A DNA stretch of 64,000 nucleotides from Candidatus Micrarchaeia archaeon (lineage in GTDB: Archaea > Micrarchaeota > Micrarchaeia > CAILAH01): the NCBI GenBank assembly GCA_038874595.1, contig JAVZCB010000003.1:32001-96000 (forward strand), in the 5' to 3' direction. The notes below the pieces were generated by a model. The model was given only the letters and a program-made list of their open reading frames with translations, was not told the origin of the DNA and did not search any database. The translations under genes and the position numbers were made by a program. Below are positions 20,328-30,276 of this stretch, piece after piece; position 1 is the first letter of the stretch; the number at the start of each line of letters is the position of its first letter.

Positions 20328-20894
20328 TCAGAGCTCTTTCTCTATCTCCTTGCACCTCTCGATGAGCACGTTAAGTGCACGTTTCAACATATCCTTGGGT
20401 GGGATCTGGCCAAAGCTCTCTACAAAGAACTGGTACTCACCCACATCCTCATAGCTGTATGACACGATACCTGCCTGGAACTTTGCATGGTCCCTCCCCT
20501 TGCCTTTCCTTGCAACGCCTTCAAGGCGTAACACCTGCTTGTTGCCAAGCTCAATAACAGGCAGGTGCTTGTTTGCAACAGATACTTTAGGGGATGAGCT
20601 TTCCAAAGAAGAGGAAAGCACAAGCGCCGGCCCTTCAGCATTCAGGCTGAACATCACTTCATCATTTATCTTATCCGGTGTTGAAATAGGTATCTGGCCA
20701 ATCCTGTTTGCAATATACTCATCAAAGAAGGCAGAGCTGTTCTCGTAAATCGTAACCTTATCAATCGCATAGACAGGTAGCTGCCCCATGGTATACCTTC
20801 TGATTGCATTTGCAAAAGGCACCGAGACACCCTTGAGCTTGAATGTGAGCCTGTTTTCACTTTCCTTTAGCTCAGTAATCCCAATCTTGCTCAT
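20328..20894 (-). CDS. rpoD: RNA polymerase subunit Rpo3 (D), short form lacking the Fe-S insert
   Basis: [41 protein letters not shown]. Confidence 0.94.
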   Translation of the reverse strand: MSKIGITELKESENRLTFKLKGVSVPFANAIRRYTMGQLPVYAIDKVTIYENSSAFFDEYIANRIGQIPISTPDKINDEVMFSLNAEGPALVLSSSLESSSPKVSVANKHLPVIELGNKQVLRLEGVARKGKGRDHAKFQAGIVSYSYEDVGEYQFFVESFGQIPPKDMLKRALNVLIERCKEIEKEL

Positions 20895-21283
20895 ACTCTT
20901 CTACCTCTCCTTCCACCAGGCCTCTTTGTTGTATCCGTAGGTATCGGCGTCACATCATCTATCCTAAGTATCTTTAAGCCTGACCTTGCCAACGCCCTCA
21001 CAACTGCCTGTGCACCCGGCCCAGGTGTTTTTGAGTGGTGCCCGCCTTTTGCACGAATACGTATGTAAATTGCACTAATCCCCTTCTCTTTTGCAATATC
21101 AGCTGTCTTAAACGCAGCCTGCATTGCTGCATATGGTGACCCTTTAGACCTATCACTTTTTACTATCATACCACCTGTGCATTTAGCAAGCGTTTCAGCA
21201 CCGCTTAAATCAGTGAGCGTGATCACCGTGTTATTCTTTGAAGAGTGGACGTGTGCCACCGCAGTCTTCCTTTCACCTGCCAT
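20891..21283 (-). CDS. rps11: 30S ribosomal protein uS11
   Basis: [30 protein letters not shown]. Confidence 0.96.
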   Translation of the reverse strand: MAGERKTAVAHVHSSKNNTVITLTDLSGAETLAKCTGGMIVKSDRSKGSPYAAMQAAFKTADIAKEKGISAIYIRIRAKGGHHSKTPGPGAQAVVRALARSGLKILRIDDVTPIPTDTTKRPGGRRGRRV

Positions 21284-21284
21284 T

Positions 21285-21848
21285 TCACTCACCATCCTTT
21301 ACAGCTGGCACCTTATCTTTTTCATTTACAGGTGCAGCATTCTCAGCCATTTTAGGCTGGATATCTATTTTCCTATAATAGCTGATTGAATCCTCCTCGC
21401 TTAAGGACACTAGGTAACTTGGCACTGTTATTCTTTTACCACCAACGGCTATGTACCCGTGCGTGATAAGCTGTCTCGCTTGCTTTGGCGTTCTTGCGAG
21501 CCCTTTCTTGAACACGCGGGTCTGTAAGCGCCTCTCAAGCAGGTCCCTCACATTAAGAACCAGAAGATCATCAAGCGTGTACTCCTTGCCGTCAACTTGC
21601 TTCAGAAAACCATACTTCTTTACCCTGTCAAGGATTTCCTTTGCCTTCTCTTTCCCACTATCACCTGCAGCGAGCAGTTTTCTTGCGTTTGCCCTTATTC
21701 TCCTGAGCTCAGCACGCGCTTTCCAAACTTCCCTTGTGCTTTTGAGACCAAATTCAAGCTTGAGCTCGTTCTCCTCTGCAATACGCTCAGCATTCCATTC
21801 AGTTGGGGGCCTCTCAAATTTCTTTTTTGGTTTAATCGGGTCTCCCAT
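21285..21848 (-). CDS. rps4: 30S ribosomal protein uS4
   Basis: MGDP start, [17 protein letters not shown]. Confidence 0.96.
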   Translation of the reverse strand: MGDPIKPKKKFERPPTEWNAERIAEENELKLEFGLKSTREVWKARAELRRIRANARKLLAAGDSGKEKAKEILDRVKKYGFLKQVDGKEYTLDDLLVLNVRDLLERRLQTRVFKKGLARTPKQARQLITHGYIAVGGKRITVPSYLVSLSEEDSISYYRKIDIQPKMAENAAPVNEKDKVPAVKDGE

Positions 21849-21858
21849 AAAACATCAC

Positions 21859-22482
21859 CTACTTCTTCTCCTCCTTCTTGGCAGGTGCCTTTCCAGGCAT
21901 CTCTTTCTTTTTCACGACGCCAACGGAGCCGCCTTTCCTACCACGTGTCCTTGTCCTCTGGCCACGTACCTTCTTCCTGTACATATGACTGATGCCTCTC
22001 CAAGTTTTGCTCTTCATCTCCCTGTCAACATCCTGCTTGACTGCATAATCAAGGTCATTGCTAATCAGATGCATATCTTTCCCAGTAGTAAACTCTTTCC
22101 TTCTGTTCAGCATATACAATGGCAAACCGTTTTCTTGCGGGCTCGTGATTATAGACTCGATCTCTTCAAGCTGCGCATCACTCAGCTTACCGATAGGTAT
22201 ATTCTCATTCACCTTAAGTTTTTCAGCTGCTATTTCACTGCATACTTCCGCATATCTCCTTCCAACGCCTTTTACGTGGGATAATGCTTTTTTCATTGGC
22301 ACGTGCCCTTTTACATCCTTACCAGCGACACGTACGATACCCCGTATATCCTCTGCAGCGGGTTTCTCCCTGCTTTCGCTTTTCTTCTCTGAAGCAGCCT
22401 CCTTCTTATCCTTTGTGACATTCTTAGGTGGCACTTCAGAGGCTTTAATATTTGCCTTTTCAGCTTTTTCCTTGTCTGCCAA
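21859..22482 (-). CDS. rps13: 30S ribosomal protein uS13, with N-terminal extension
   Basis: IVRVAGKD, NRRKE..TG, KVRGQRTRTRGR; TTG start after GGTGA. Confidence 0.95.
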   Translation of the reverse strand: MADKEKAEKANIKASEVPPKNVTKDKKEAASEKKSESREKPAAEDIRGIVRVAGKDVKGHVPMKKALSHVKGVGRRYAEVCSEIAAEKLKVNENIPIGKLSDAQLEEIESIITSPQENGLPLYMLNRRKEFTTGKDMHLISNDLDYAVKQDVDREMKSKTWRGISHMYRKKVRGQRTRTRGRKGGSVGVVKKKEMPGKAPAKKEEKK

Positions 22483-22625
22483 TTTATCACCTTAATCTAG
22501 TCTAGCCCGGCAGGTGCAGTGCACCATACAATACAAGGTACCACCCAGTATTGCGCCAGGGTCACCAACTCTCTCAGAACGAGAAAGCTATTTGTGCTAT
22601 TTTAGAAGGGGTTTATTTTTTAAAC

Positions 22626-22761
22626 CTTTCACTGATGGAGGGGGCACATCCCCCTCCCTCGTGTGTTCTACACCCACCCCCTGTTGATTAGTTTAAGGTG
22701 ATCTTTCACTGATGGAGGGGGCACATCCCCCTCCCTCGTGTGTTCTACACCCACCCCCTGT
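22626..22761. repeat. Direct repeat, 2 x 59 bp (period 77), containing a GGAGGGGG/CCCCCTCC hairpin
   Basis: Identical copies at 22626-22684 and 22703-22761. Confidence 0.9.
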
Positions 22762-22789
22762 AAATGTATAATATATTGTTTTTTAAAAG

Positions 22790-22987
22790 AGCGCCGAGGA
22801 GGAGACCTGGAGCTGTGCTGCAGGGTTTTTACCGGAGGTAAAACTCTGAGGCGCTCACCTATATATTTATCCATAAAAAAAGCGCCGAGGAGGAGACCTG
22901 GAGCTGTGCTGCAGGGTTTTTACCGGAGGTAAAACTCTGAAGCGCTCACCTATATATTTATCCATAAAAAAAGCGCCGAGGAGGAGA
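22790..22987. repeat. Tandem 91-bp repeats, each carrying the tRNA-Ser 3' end
   Basis: agcgccgaggaggaga at 22790, 22881 and 22972 (the third copy is the tRNA itself); the two units differ by one base. Confidence 0.9.
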
Positions 22988-23243
22988 TTTCCATTGCAGC
23001 CAGCACTAAAGACAGCCGGCGATGCAATTTGAACTCCTAACCCCGTTAGGGGATACGCTGTCCTTTTTCTTTCGGTTTTTCGCCTTCGGCGAAAATCCTA
23101 AAGAAAACCGAAACTAAAAGAAAGAGACAAATCTCTTTCTTTGGTCTCGGGTTCCCTTTCTTAGGGAATGGGATTATAGGAGAAGATATACATCCTCACC
23201 TATACTCCAGGCGTACGCGTTAACCGGGTTCCGCCACCTCGGC
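22974..23243 (-). tRNA. tRNA-Ser(GGA) with two introns: 37/38 (23060-23204, 145 nt) and 59/60 (22988-23027, 40 nt)
   Basis: GCCGAGG/CCTCGGC acceptor, G73, TACGC-CT-GGA-G|A-GCGTA arm, long variable arm, TTCA/TGGA BHB helix in the T-loop. Confidence 0.85.
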
Positions 23244-23342
23244 GTAGGGAGCCGGCGCCCCCTACCACCCCGGCAACCGAAGCTGTAGGGAGCCGGCGCC
23301 CCCTACCACCCCGGCAACCGAAGCTGTAGGGAGCCGGCGCCC
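23244..23342. repeat. Tandem 41-bp repeat (~2.4 copies) immediately upstream of tRNA-Ser
   Basis: gtagggagccggcgccc... starting at 23244, 23285 and 23326. Confidence 0.9.
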
Positions 23343-23484
23343 ACACTTTTGCGCCTGCAAAAGGTGCCCGCAAACCACTCGGTTTGCTTGGCTTACATCT
23401 CTCTTGAAGATGCCTGTTGCGCTTATATGGCGATAATTGGATTTAATAAAGCTTAAATTAGTTGCAATGCTCTTTTGTGCTTAT

Positions 23485-24267
23485 ATGGCCACCCTCCCAA
23501 ACCTTTTCGTTTATATACCAACATACAATGTTTCGCGCCAGATATCCTCACTTATCACAGATTTAGAGTCGACACTTTCATCACTCAGGCGCTCTGGCCA
23601 TATAAGGGGCTATAAGATAATCTGTGTAAATGACGGCAGCACAGATGATACTTCTAAAATATTAGCCTCTCTCAAAAGAAAAGTTCGTTCGCTCGAGGTT
23701 ATCAGCTTCAGGAAGAATAAAGGTGTTGTGGACGCAACACTTGCAGGCATGTCGCGTGTAGCAAAGCTTTCAAAACCAGACGATATCGCTATACGAATGG
23801 ATTCGGATTATGAGCATAATCCAGACGATATTCCACGCCTTATTTCAGCTATTAAGGATACTTCTGTGCAGATGTGCTTTGCATACACACCGCTTGAAAT
23901 GAAATTAGGGTACCGTTTCTTCATGCTCAACTTTCTTATTGGTGGCTATGAGAACAAAAAACTGTTTGGTGTGTGGGCACCACAGTTCTGCCCCGGCTTT
24001 TTTGCAGCGCGCGCATCCTTGCTGAAATCCGTACTCACAGAAGTAAAAGCTGCTGTGAAGGAGTATGCACAGCGTTATTCATCGCAGATGATACATCTTG
24101 ACCTTTACATTGCGTACTTGGCATCCAGAAATGGAAAAGTGCGGTTTATCAAAGCGAGCCCAATCAAGCCAGAATGGATAATCAGGAAACCTCTTACAAA
24201 GGTATACAGGTATCTTGAAGCGCATAATAACTTTATGGAGTTCATCGCAGGGCGGAAGCCCCGTTGA
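23485..24267 (+). CDS. Glycosyltransferase family 2 (DPM synthase-like)
   Basis: IPTYN, VNDGSTDDT, NKG, MDSD motifs. Confidence 0.88.
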   Translation: MATLPNLFVYIPTYNVSRQISSLITDLESTLSSLRRSGHIRGYKIICVNDGSTDDTSKILASLKRKVRSLEVISFRKNKGVVDATLAGMSRVAKLSKPDDIAIRMDSDYEHNPDDIPRLISAIKDTSVQMCFAYTPLEMKLGYRFFMLNFLIGGYENKKLFGVWAPQFCPGFFAARASLLKSVLTEVKAAVKEYAQRYSSQMIHLDLYIAYLASRNGKVRFIKASPIKPEWIIRKPLTKVYRYLEAHNNFMEFIAGRKPR

Positions 24268-24387
24268 GCTCTTTGTTCAAGCCAAAGCACACAACTTTAT
24301 AGAGTTCATCGCAGGTTGCTAAGGTTTAAAAGGTTAAGTTGCTTATATTTGCGCGTCTCCGTCTTTGGTCAATAATAGGTGAAATTT

Positions 24388-24921
24388 ATGGGTTTAAGGC
24401 CGGCAAGAACTGTTAGGAGTGTAAGAGGTCCCCCGTGGACTAGGTATTCAAAGAAGAAGCCCCGCAAGTCATATGTTAAGTCAATGCCTCACAAGAATCT
24501 CAACACGTTTGAAACAGGCGAGCTTAAGCCAGACTATGATTTGTGTGCGTTCCTGGTTGCAAAAGAAGCTGTTCGTGTACGGGATAATGCGATTGAGGCT
24601 GCAAGGCAGATGGCCAACCGCCACCTTGAAAAGGCAATCTCAGGCAACTACAAGTTTTATGTGCGCAAGTACCCGCATGAAGTACTTCGTGAGAATAGGA
24701 TGCTTTCAGGTGCAGGTGCGGACCGTCTTTCAAAAGGGATGCGAAAGTCGTTTGGCAAGCCAAGTGACCTGGCAGCAAGGTTCAAAGCGGGTGATGTGGT
24801 TTTTGAAGTACGCACGTATTCCGCGAACGCTCCCCTTATAGCACAAGCATTTAGGAAAGCAAGCCAGAAAATGTCTGGCACATATACAGTTAAGTTAAGC
24901 ACAGTCAAGAAAGCAGCATAA
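24388..24921 (+). CDS. rpl16: 50S ribosomal protein uL16 (L10e)
   Basis: MGLRPAR, AIEAAR, YPHEVLRENRM, GADRLSKGMRKSFGKP. Confidence 0.96.
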   Translation: MGLRPARTVRSVRGPPWTRYSKKKPRKSYVKSMPHKNLNTFETGELKPDYDLCAFLVAKEAVRVRDNAIEAARQMANRHLEKAISGNYKFYVRKYPHEVLRENRMLSGAGADRLSKGMRKSFGKPSDLAARFKAGDVVFEVRTYSANAPLIAQAFRKASQKMSGTYTVKLSTVKKAA

Positions 24922-25008
24922 TTTCTCCTTTTGCTTTTCACTTTCCATTTTTACCAATTCATAATATTTATATATTCGATATTCTCCAAACTCTCTATTG
25001 GTGTTCTG

Positions 25009-26622
25009 ATGGCGTATGTTTCAACAGATGTTGACCGTATACTTGAGTATGTAAAATCACGAAACAAGGCCGAATTAATAGAAGTTGCGAGGGCACTTGG
25101 CATGCGCGCCATGGAGGTTGACAAGTGGGCAAAGATACTTGAAAAACAGGGGCTCATTTCAATCCAATATGATATTACCAAGATGTACCTCGTCTGGAAA
25201 TCACAACCAGAAGAGCAGGAGTCTATAGATAAGTATATACACGAAGTAGGCCTTGCACATAACAGGGAGAAGGAAAGAGACCCTCCCGCACCTAAACCAT
25301 TAAACGCAAATGATATACATTCAAAACCAATCCTCGCACAGCCGTCACCCAAACATTCAAGTGGTAATTCTCCAGCAGTTACACCCAAGAAAACCCTAAA
25401 GAAGGATTCAGGGTTTCTGCACGGTGGTGCTTTCAATCTTTTTATATTAGGCAGAAAGGCAGATGTGGCGGTGCAAAAAGATAGCCAAGAACCATCTACT
25501 TCGCTTAAGCAGGCGACAAAGGAATATGTAAAAGAGAAGCCAGCTGAAAAAGTTCTTAAGAATGATAGCGGACAAACGAGAGAGCAAGCACATACAAAAA
25601 CAGGCCAGATACATGAAACCTCGCAGGCACTCCAAACCTCAAAATCAACAGCACGGTTTTTATTACCCTTCCTTTCTAGAAATACTTCAGAGAGACAGAA
25701 GGAAGATTCTGTGCCCTTGAAGCATCGTATTGATGCGGTTAACGAGGCCATCTCAGAAATTGCTGATATTAAGGCCGAGCGGGAGAAGCTGTACGCGCAG
25801 GAATACCTGCCGCTCATCGCAAGGCTTGATGCGCAAGTTTCGCAGCTTAATTCAAAAATTTCAGAGAGTGAATTCTCCCTATCCTCTATCAAGGGCAGGA
25901 TAGCCTCGCTACCAGATGCAGTTGCCTCAATTGATAGCGAGCTCAGGAAATCCGCAGAGGAAGCACGAAGGATAGAGAAGGAATACCTCGATAAATCAAG
26001 CTCAATCTCAAAGATGCAGGCCGACCTCTCAAAATTGCGTGAGGAGATACAGGCCGACCTCTCAAAATCAAAATCTGCGCTGAAATATTCTATGGATATG
26101 CTTGCATCTCTTGATGCTCAGATGTCTAAAGCGTCTTCGGTGCACCAGCAGGCGCTTGCGAGGATCAAAGAGGCAAAACAAAAGATTGAGGATGAGCAGG
26201 AGGTTATAGAGAAGATGGCAGCGCTTGTTGACGGCTCACAGATACAGGCCGAAGAGCTGCAGGCACAGATTTCAGATATAAAAAAGAAGGTTGAGCGTGC
26301 TAATGAAGATATCAAAAGCCTTGAATTGGCAAGCCAGAAAATCCAGGAGATAGAGCAGAAGCTAAGCACGCTCAAATCTGCTTACGATATGAAGGTTGGA
26401 GAGCTTAAAAGGCATGTCTCAATGCAGGAGTCGGAGATTAAGTCAATACGTGCTGTACTTGAAAAAGCGTACATCAGCAAATACCTGGAAGAGCTCAGGA
26501 AAATCAGTGCCGAGCAGGAGAAATCTGCACTTGAGGTAATGAGGAGAGACCAGGAGCTTGAGGACCGCCTGAACGCTGCACGCGAAAGGCTACAGAAGCT
26601 GCTGAAGGAAAGCGGGGAATAG
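25009..26622 (+). CDS. Long coiled-coil protein with N-terminal winged-helix-like domain
   Basis: N-terminal VARALG..VDKWAKILEKQGLI, disordered linker, ~300-aa heptad region; no Walker motifs. Confidence 0.7.
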   Translation: MAYVSTDVDRILEYVKSRNKAELIEVARALGMRAMEVDKWAKILEKQGLISIQYDITKMYLVWKSQPEEQESIDKYIHEVGLAHNREKERDPPAPKPLNANDIHSKPILAQPSPKHSSGNSPAVTPKKTLKKDSGFLHGGAFNLFILGRKADVAVQKDSQEPSTSLKQATKEYVKEKPAEKVLKNDSGQTREQAHTKTGQIHETSQALQTSKSTARFLLPFLSRNTSERQKEDSVPLKHRIDAVNEAISEIADIKAEREKLYAQEYLPLIARLDAQVSQLNSKISESEFSLSSIKGRIASLPDAVASIDSELRKSAEEARRIEKEYLDKSSSISKMQADLSKLREEIQADLSKSKSALKYSMDMLASLDAQMSKASSVHQQALARIKEAKQKIEDEQEVIEKMAALVDGSQIQAEELQAQISDIKKKVERANEDIKSLELASQKIQEIEQKLSTLKSAYDMKVGELKRHVSMQESEIKSIRAVLEKAYISKYLEELRKISAEQEKSALEVMRRDQELEDRLNAARERLQKLLKESGE

Positions 26623-26645
26623 CGGCAAGAAATGATGCGTATATA

Positions 26646-27497
26646 TCATATCATCTCTTTTAATCCCTCTTCTAATCGAATTATTTTAACACCGATTTTT
26701 CTTAACTTTTCCGGATTTCCGACAGATTTGTATATGTCACCCTCTCTTTTTTCTCTATAAACTATTTTTGAATTACTTTTTGTTAGCTTTATAATTACTT
26801 TTGCAAGAGTGTTTATGGATGTTTCCCTACCGGTACACACATTGTAAATTTCACTCTTACTTAATTTTTCAATGGCAATCCTGTTTGCCTCAATTATTTG
26901 TCTCACATTTACAAAATCTCTAGTTTGAGTTCCATCCCCAAATATAGGTATATCGCAATTATTTTTTGCATAATCTAAAAATTTAGATATCACACCGGAG
27001 TAAGGGTTTTTTGGGTTTTGATATTTTCCATACACATTAAAATACCTAAGTATAATAGTTGTTATTCCATAAAGCTTAGAATATTCTAGCGCATTTATCT
27101 CATTTATCACTTTTGAGGTACCGTAAGGATTTGATGGATTTAGTTTATCAGATTCCTTAGCTTTCTTCTGTGTATTACCATAAACTGCTGCTGATGATGC
27201 TATAATTACTTTTGGAATATCTTTTTTTCTGGCAATTTCAAGCACATTGAGCGTTCCAACAATGTTAGTGTTCAGTGTATCAAGTGGATTAATAACAGAT
27301 TCTTCTGCAGATATTTTTGCGGCGTGATGCAGAATTGCAGAACAAGTTTTATCAATTTTTGAGTCTAATCTTTTAATATTCAAAATATCTATTCCATTCT
27401 TTTTATCAATTTTAATAAGGTCGTACTTTTGCTCAAGGTAATTACACAAATTATGACCGATAAAACCTTCTGAACCAGTTATTGCAATTTTTAGCAT
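26646..27497 (-). CDS. NAD-dependent nucleotide-sugar epimerase/dehydratase (GalE-like)
   Basis: ITGSEGFIG, SSAAVYG, YGTSK, RYFNVYG. Confidence 0.92.
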   Translation of the reverse strand: MLKIAITGSEGFIGHNLCNYLEQKYDLIKIDKKNGIDILNIKRLDSKIDKTCSAILHHAAKISAEESVINPLDTLNTNIVGTLNVLEIARKKDIPKVIIASSAAVYGNTQKKAKESDKLNPSNPYGTSKVINEINALEYSKLYGITTIILRYFNVYGKYQNPKNPYSGVISKFLDYAKNNCDIPIFGDGTQTRDFVNVRQIIEANRIAIEKLSKSEIYNVCTGRETSINTLAKVIIKLTKSNSKIVYREKREGDIYKSVGNPEKLRKIGVKIIRLEEGLKEMI

Positions 27498-27519
27498 ATT
27501 ATCCTTTGAGATATTATTT

Positions 27520-28404
27520 TTATAAATCTCTGCTTATCTCTCTTATACCAAAAATCCATTGCAAATAGCCTAATATAACACAGTAAGTAACAATAATTTC
27601 TAATAATCCTAAACCCAACGGAATATCCATACCGTCTTTTATATATCTTATACCGGTGAGCAATCCTTTTAAAAATGGAATAATCCATAAAACAGGAATG
27701 ATAGATATTACTGAAATAATGCTAGCAAGCAAAAGTTTGAAATCCTTGGTTTTTATTATATAATAAGGGATAGTTCTACCGTACCATACATATCTTCTGC
27801 AAAATTTATAAAAATTCATGTCTCCAATGGCGCGTGATACTCCAATATTCTTTGTTAATGAAATATATTTTTTATTATGATATAATTCCTTAGAAAATAG
27901 TTTATCCTCACCATACCCTAAAGATTCATCATATCTAGGGCAAATATTTTTTTTAATTATATGAAAACTAAACGGCTCATCTCTATAATAAATCAATTTT
28001 CTTAGATAAGAGAAATTTACCAACTTCTTAATAGGTCTATAAGATATACCTATGCCTATAAAATCCACTTTTGGGTTTGCCTTGATTATTTCATAAATTT
28101 TGTGCAATACACTTCTATCTAATAACCTCCAATCGGCGTCCATAAATATAACGTACTGACTTTTTGCTTTCTCTAAACCATAGTTTCTTGCAGCAGCAGG
28201 ACCTTTCTTTTTGCAATTATAAATTTTAATTTCAGGAAATGTCTTTTGGTTTTCTCTAAGATAGTTTATGCTATTGTCTTTTGATCCGCCATCTACAAAA
28301 ATCAATTCGTCTGCTTTTTTAGTTTGTGATTTATAATTTTCTAAGAAACAAGCTAGGTTTTTTTCTTCATTTAAAATAGGTATGATTATACTTAGAGTAA
28401 CCAT
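27520..28404 (-). CDS. Glycosyltransferase family 2
   Basis: IIPILNEE, VDGGSKD, ARNYG, MDAD, GED. Confidence 0.9.
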   Translation of the reverse strand: MVTLSIIIPILNEEKNLACFLENYKSQTKKADELIFVDGGSKDNSINYLRENQKTFPEIKIYNCKKKGPAAARNYGLEKAKSQYVIFMDADWRLLDRSVLHKIYEIIKANPKVDFIGIGISYRPIKKLVNFSYLRKLIYYRDEPFSFHIIKKNICPRYDESLGYGEDKLFSKELYHNKKYISLTKNIGVSRAIGDMNFYKFCRRYVWYGRTIPYYIIKTKDFKLLLASIISVISIIPVLWIIPFLKGLLTGIRYIKDGMDIPLGLGLLEIIVTYCVILGYLQWIFGIREISRDL

Positions 28405-28481
28405 AATATCTCCTTTTATTTTTATAGATGTTGTATGCTAATTTTTATAAGCTAAATATATAGAATTATAATTGTGTAAAA

Positions 28482-29396
28482 ATGATCTGTGGGATATATA
28501 CAGGCAAACACCCGGTACATGAGGTCTTATTTGAAAGTGTTTGTGATAAGACAATTCAGTTTAGGAGGGAATTTCTTCCTTTATGGGTGTTAAAACAAAT
28601 TATGTACTGTCCAAAAGCAGACAAGTATATCACGGAAAACAACTTTTATGCACCTATTGCGAGAAAAATAAGGGATAGACATGTTTCAATAATAAATCTT
28701 CTTTCAAGTCCATATATTTTGAAGTATTCCGCTTTTTTCAAACCTTTTGTAAATTATATAGATAAACAGATTTGTTTGGGAAATTTATCAAAGGACTTGT
28801 TTTTAGCGATTTATCCAAACTATAAGAATGATGTTAATGTTATTTACCCATTTGTACTCGAGGAAGACTTAAAGTTAATAAAGGAAACAAAAAAGGAAAC
28901 AAAACAACATACATCATCAAAGAAATCTAATGTTTTCATAATAACCACAATTGCAAACGGTGATTATAAAATCAAAGGATTGGATTTGTTGGAGCAAGCA
29001 ATCTCTACACTCAAAATTCCTCTAGAAGTTAAGATAGTAGGGAATACAAATTTTATTCCGAAAGATTCACGCATTAAGTTGTTAGGTAAACTCGATAAAC
29101 GAACTTTGTATGGAATAGTTGCAAATTCTACTTTATATGTTCAATCTTCTAGATTGGATATATTCCCCGTATCTGTATTAGAAGCATTACATTTGGGAGT
29201 ACCTGTGTTGGTTTCTAATATGGTTGGATGTAAGGAATATTTATATGAAGAGAGCGTATTTCGCACTGAAGATGTTTTTGATTTACGTGAAAAATTACTG
29301 GCAAACTTAAGTTGCAGTACTTGTCATGTAAAGAAAAAGTTACCCTCCCAAAAAGTAGAGCTTATGAAGTTTTATGAGATGATAAATCATGCTTGA
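28482..29396 (+). CDS. Glycosyltransferase family 4
   Basis: KGLD and D.FPVSVLEALHLGVPV motifs. Confidence 0.82.
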   Translation: MICGIYTGKHPVHEVLFESVCDKTIQFRREFLPLWVLKQIMYCPKADKYITENNFYAPIARKIRDRHVSIINLLSSPYILKYSAFFKPFVNYIDKQICLGNLSKDLFLAIYPNYKNDVNVIYPFVLEEDLKLIKETKKETKQHTSSKKSNVFIITTIANGDYKIKGLDLLEQAISTLKIPLEVKIVGNTNFIPKDSRIKLLGKLDKRTLYGIVANSTLYVQSSRLDIFPVSVLEALHLGVPVLVSNMVGCKEYLYEESVFRTEDVFDLREKLLANLSCSTCHVKKKLPSQKVELMKFYEMINHA

Positions 29397-30276
29397 AAGA
29401 TTTTGGTCTTTCATAGAAGATCACAGAAATCCTTTGTATATTTATAGATTGATGGATGATATCAGTCTAGTGAAACAACTAAATGAGTACGAACTTAAAA
29501 ACAGTAGGTTTGACCTCATAATTAGCGTTGACGTTGAGCAAGATTTTGGATCTGCATCTAATAAACCAAAAAATAATTATACAAAGAAATTCTTCAAAGA
29601 GGTGTTTCCTTTATTACAGTTTAATCAAGAATTGTTTATTCAAGCAAACATTCTTCCCGAAATTAGTTCTGATCTACCGAAAAAGATAGGTCTACATGGG
29701 TATACACATGATAATTGGAAGCTTGAATGGTTTTCAAGGGGTCATCAACTTTCTAGATTAGAAAAAGTTGATGCTATTACAAAATCTGTTGATTTGTTTT
29801 TAGAATATGGATTTGATAGACCTATCTCTTTTAGAGCGCCAAACCTCGCAATATATAATTCTGATTATGAAATTTTGGCAGATTTCGGTTTTAAATTTGA
29901 TTCTTCTTTTCCTTCTTTTAGAAAACCTGGCATTAGAATGGAAAAAAACTTTGGGGTTAAAATTATTCCAGTTTCATCAACTCCTTATTGTTATTTTAGT
30001 ATTCCTAGCAGGAAGCATATAATAGTTAATTTAGGATTTCTTAGTAAACTTGGTATAGATGAGTTTACTACGCATTGTACAAACATATTAAAATATCAGG
30101 AGATTATTGGTGAAAAGAAATATCTTTTGTTTTTTTATCATCCATGGGAGTTTTTTAAAAATAAAACATTTAGTTATTGTTCGAAAGAAAACGTTTCACG
30201 TTTACTAAATTTTATAGATTCCCTTAAGGATCAGTTAAATGTTAGGATATCTACTTTTCAGCAGTCTTTTGATTAA
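29389..30276 (+). CDS. Polysaccharide deacetylase (CE4/NodB-like)
   Basis: SVDVE, HGYTH, FRAP, DSS, YHPWE. Confidence 0.88.
   Translation: MLERFWSFIEDHRNPLYIYRLMDDISLVKQLNEYELKNSRFDLIISVDVEQDFGSASNKPKNNYTKKFFKEVFPLLQFNQELFIQANILPEISSDLPKKIGLHGYTHDNWKLEWFSRGHQLSRLEKVDAITKSVDLFLEYGFDRPISFRAPNLAIYNSDYEILADFGFKFDSSFPSFRKPGIRMEKNFGVKIIPVSSTPYCYFSIPSRKHIIVNLGFLSKLGIDEFTTHCTNILKYQEIIGEKKYLLFFYHPWEFFKNKTFSYCSKENVSRLLNFIDSLKDQLNVRISTFQQSFD

Noticed and set aside
22626-23342. Repeats as a CRISPR array
   Set aside because: The units are tandem duplications without unique spacers, and no cas genes are present
25009-26622. SMC/Rad50 ATPase
   Set aside because: Coiled coil only; no Walker A/B or signature motif
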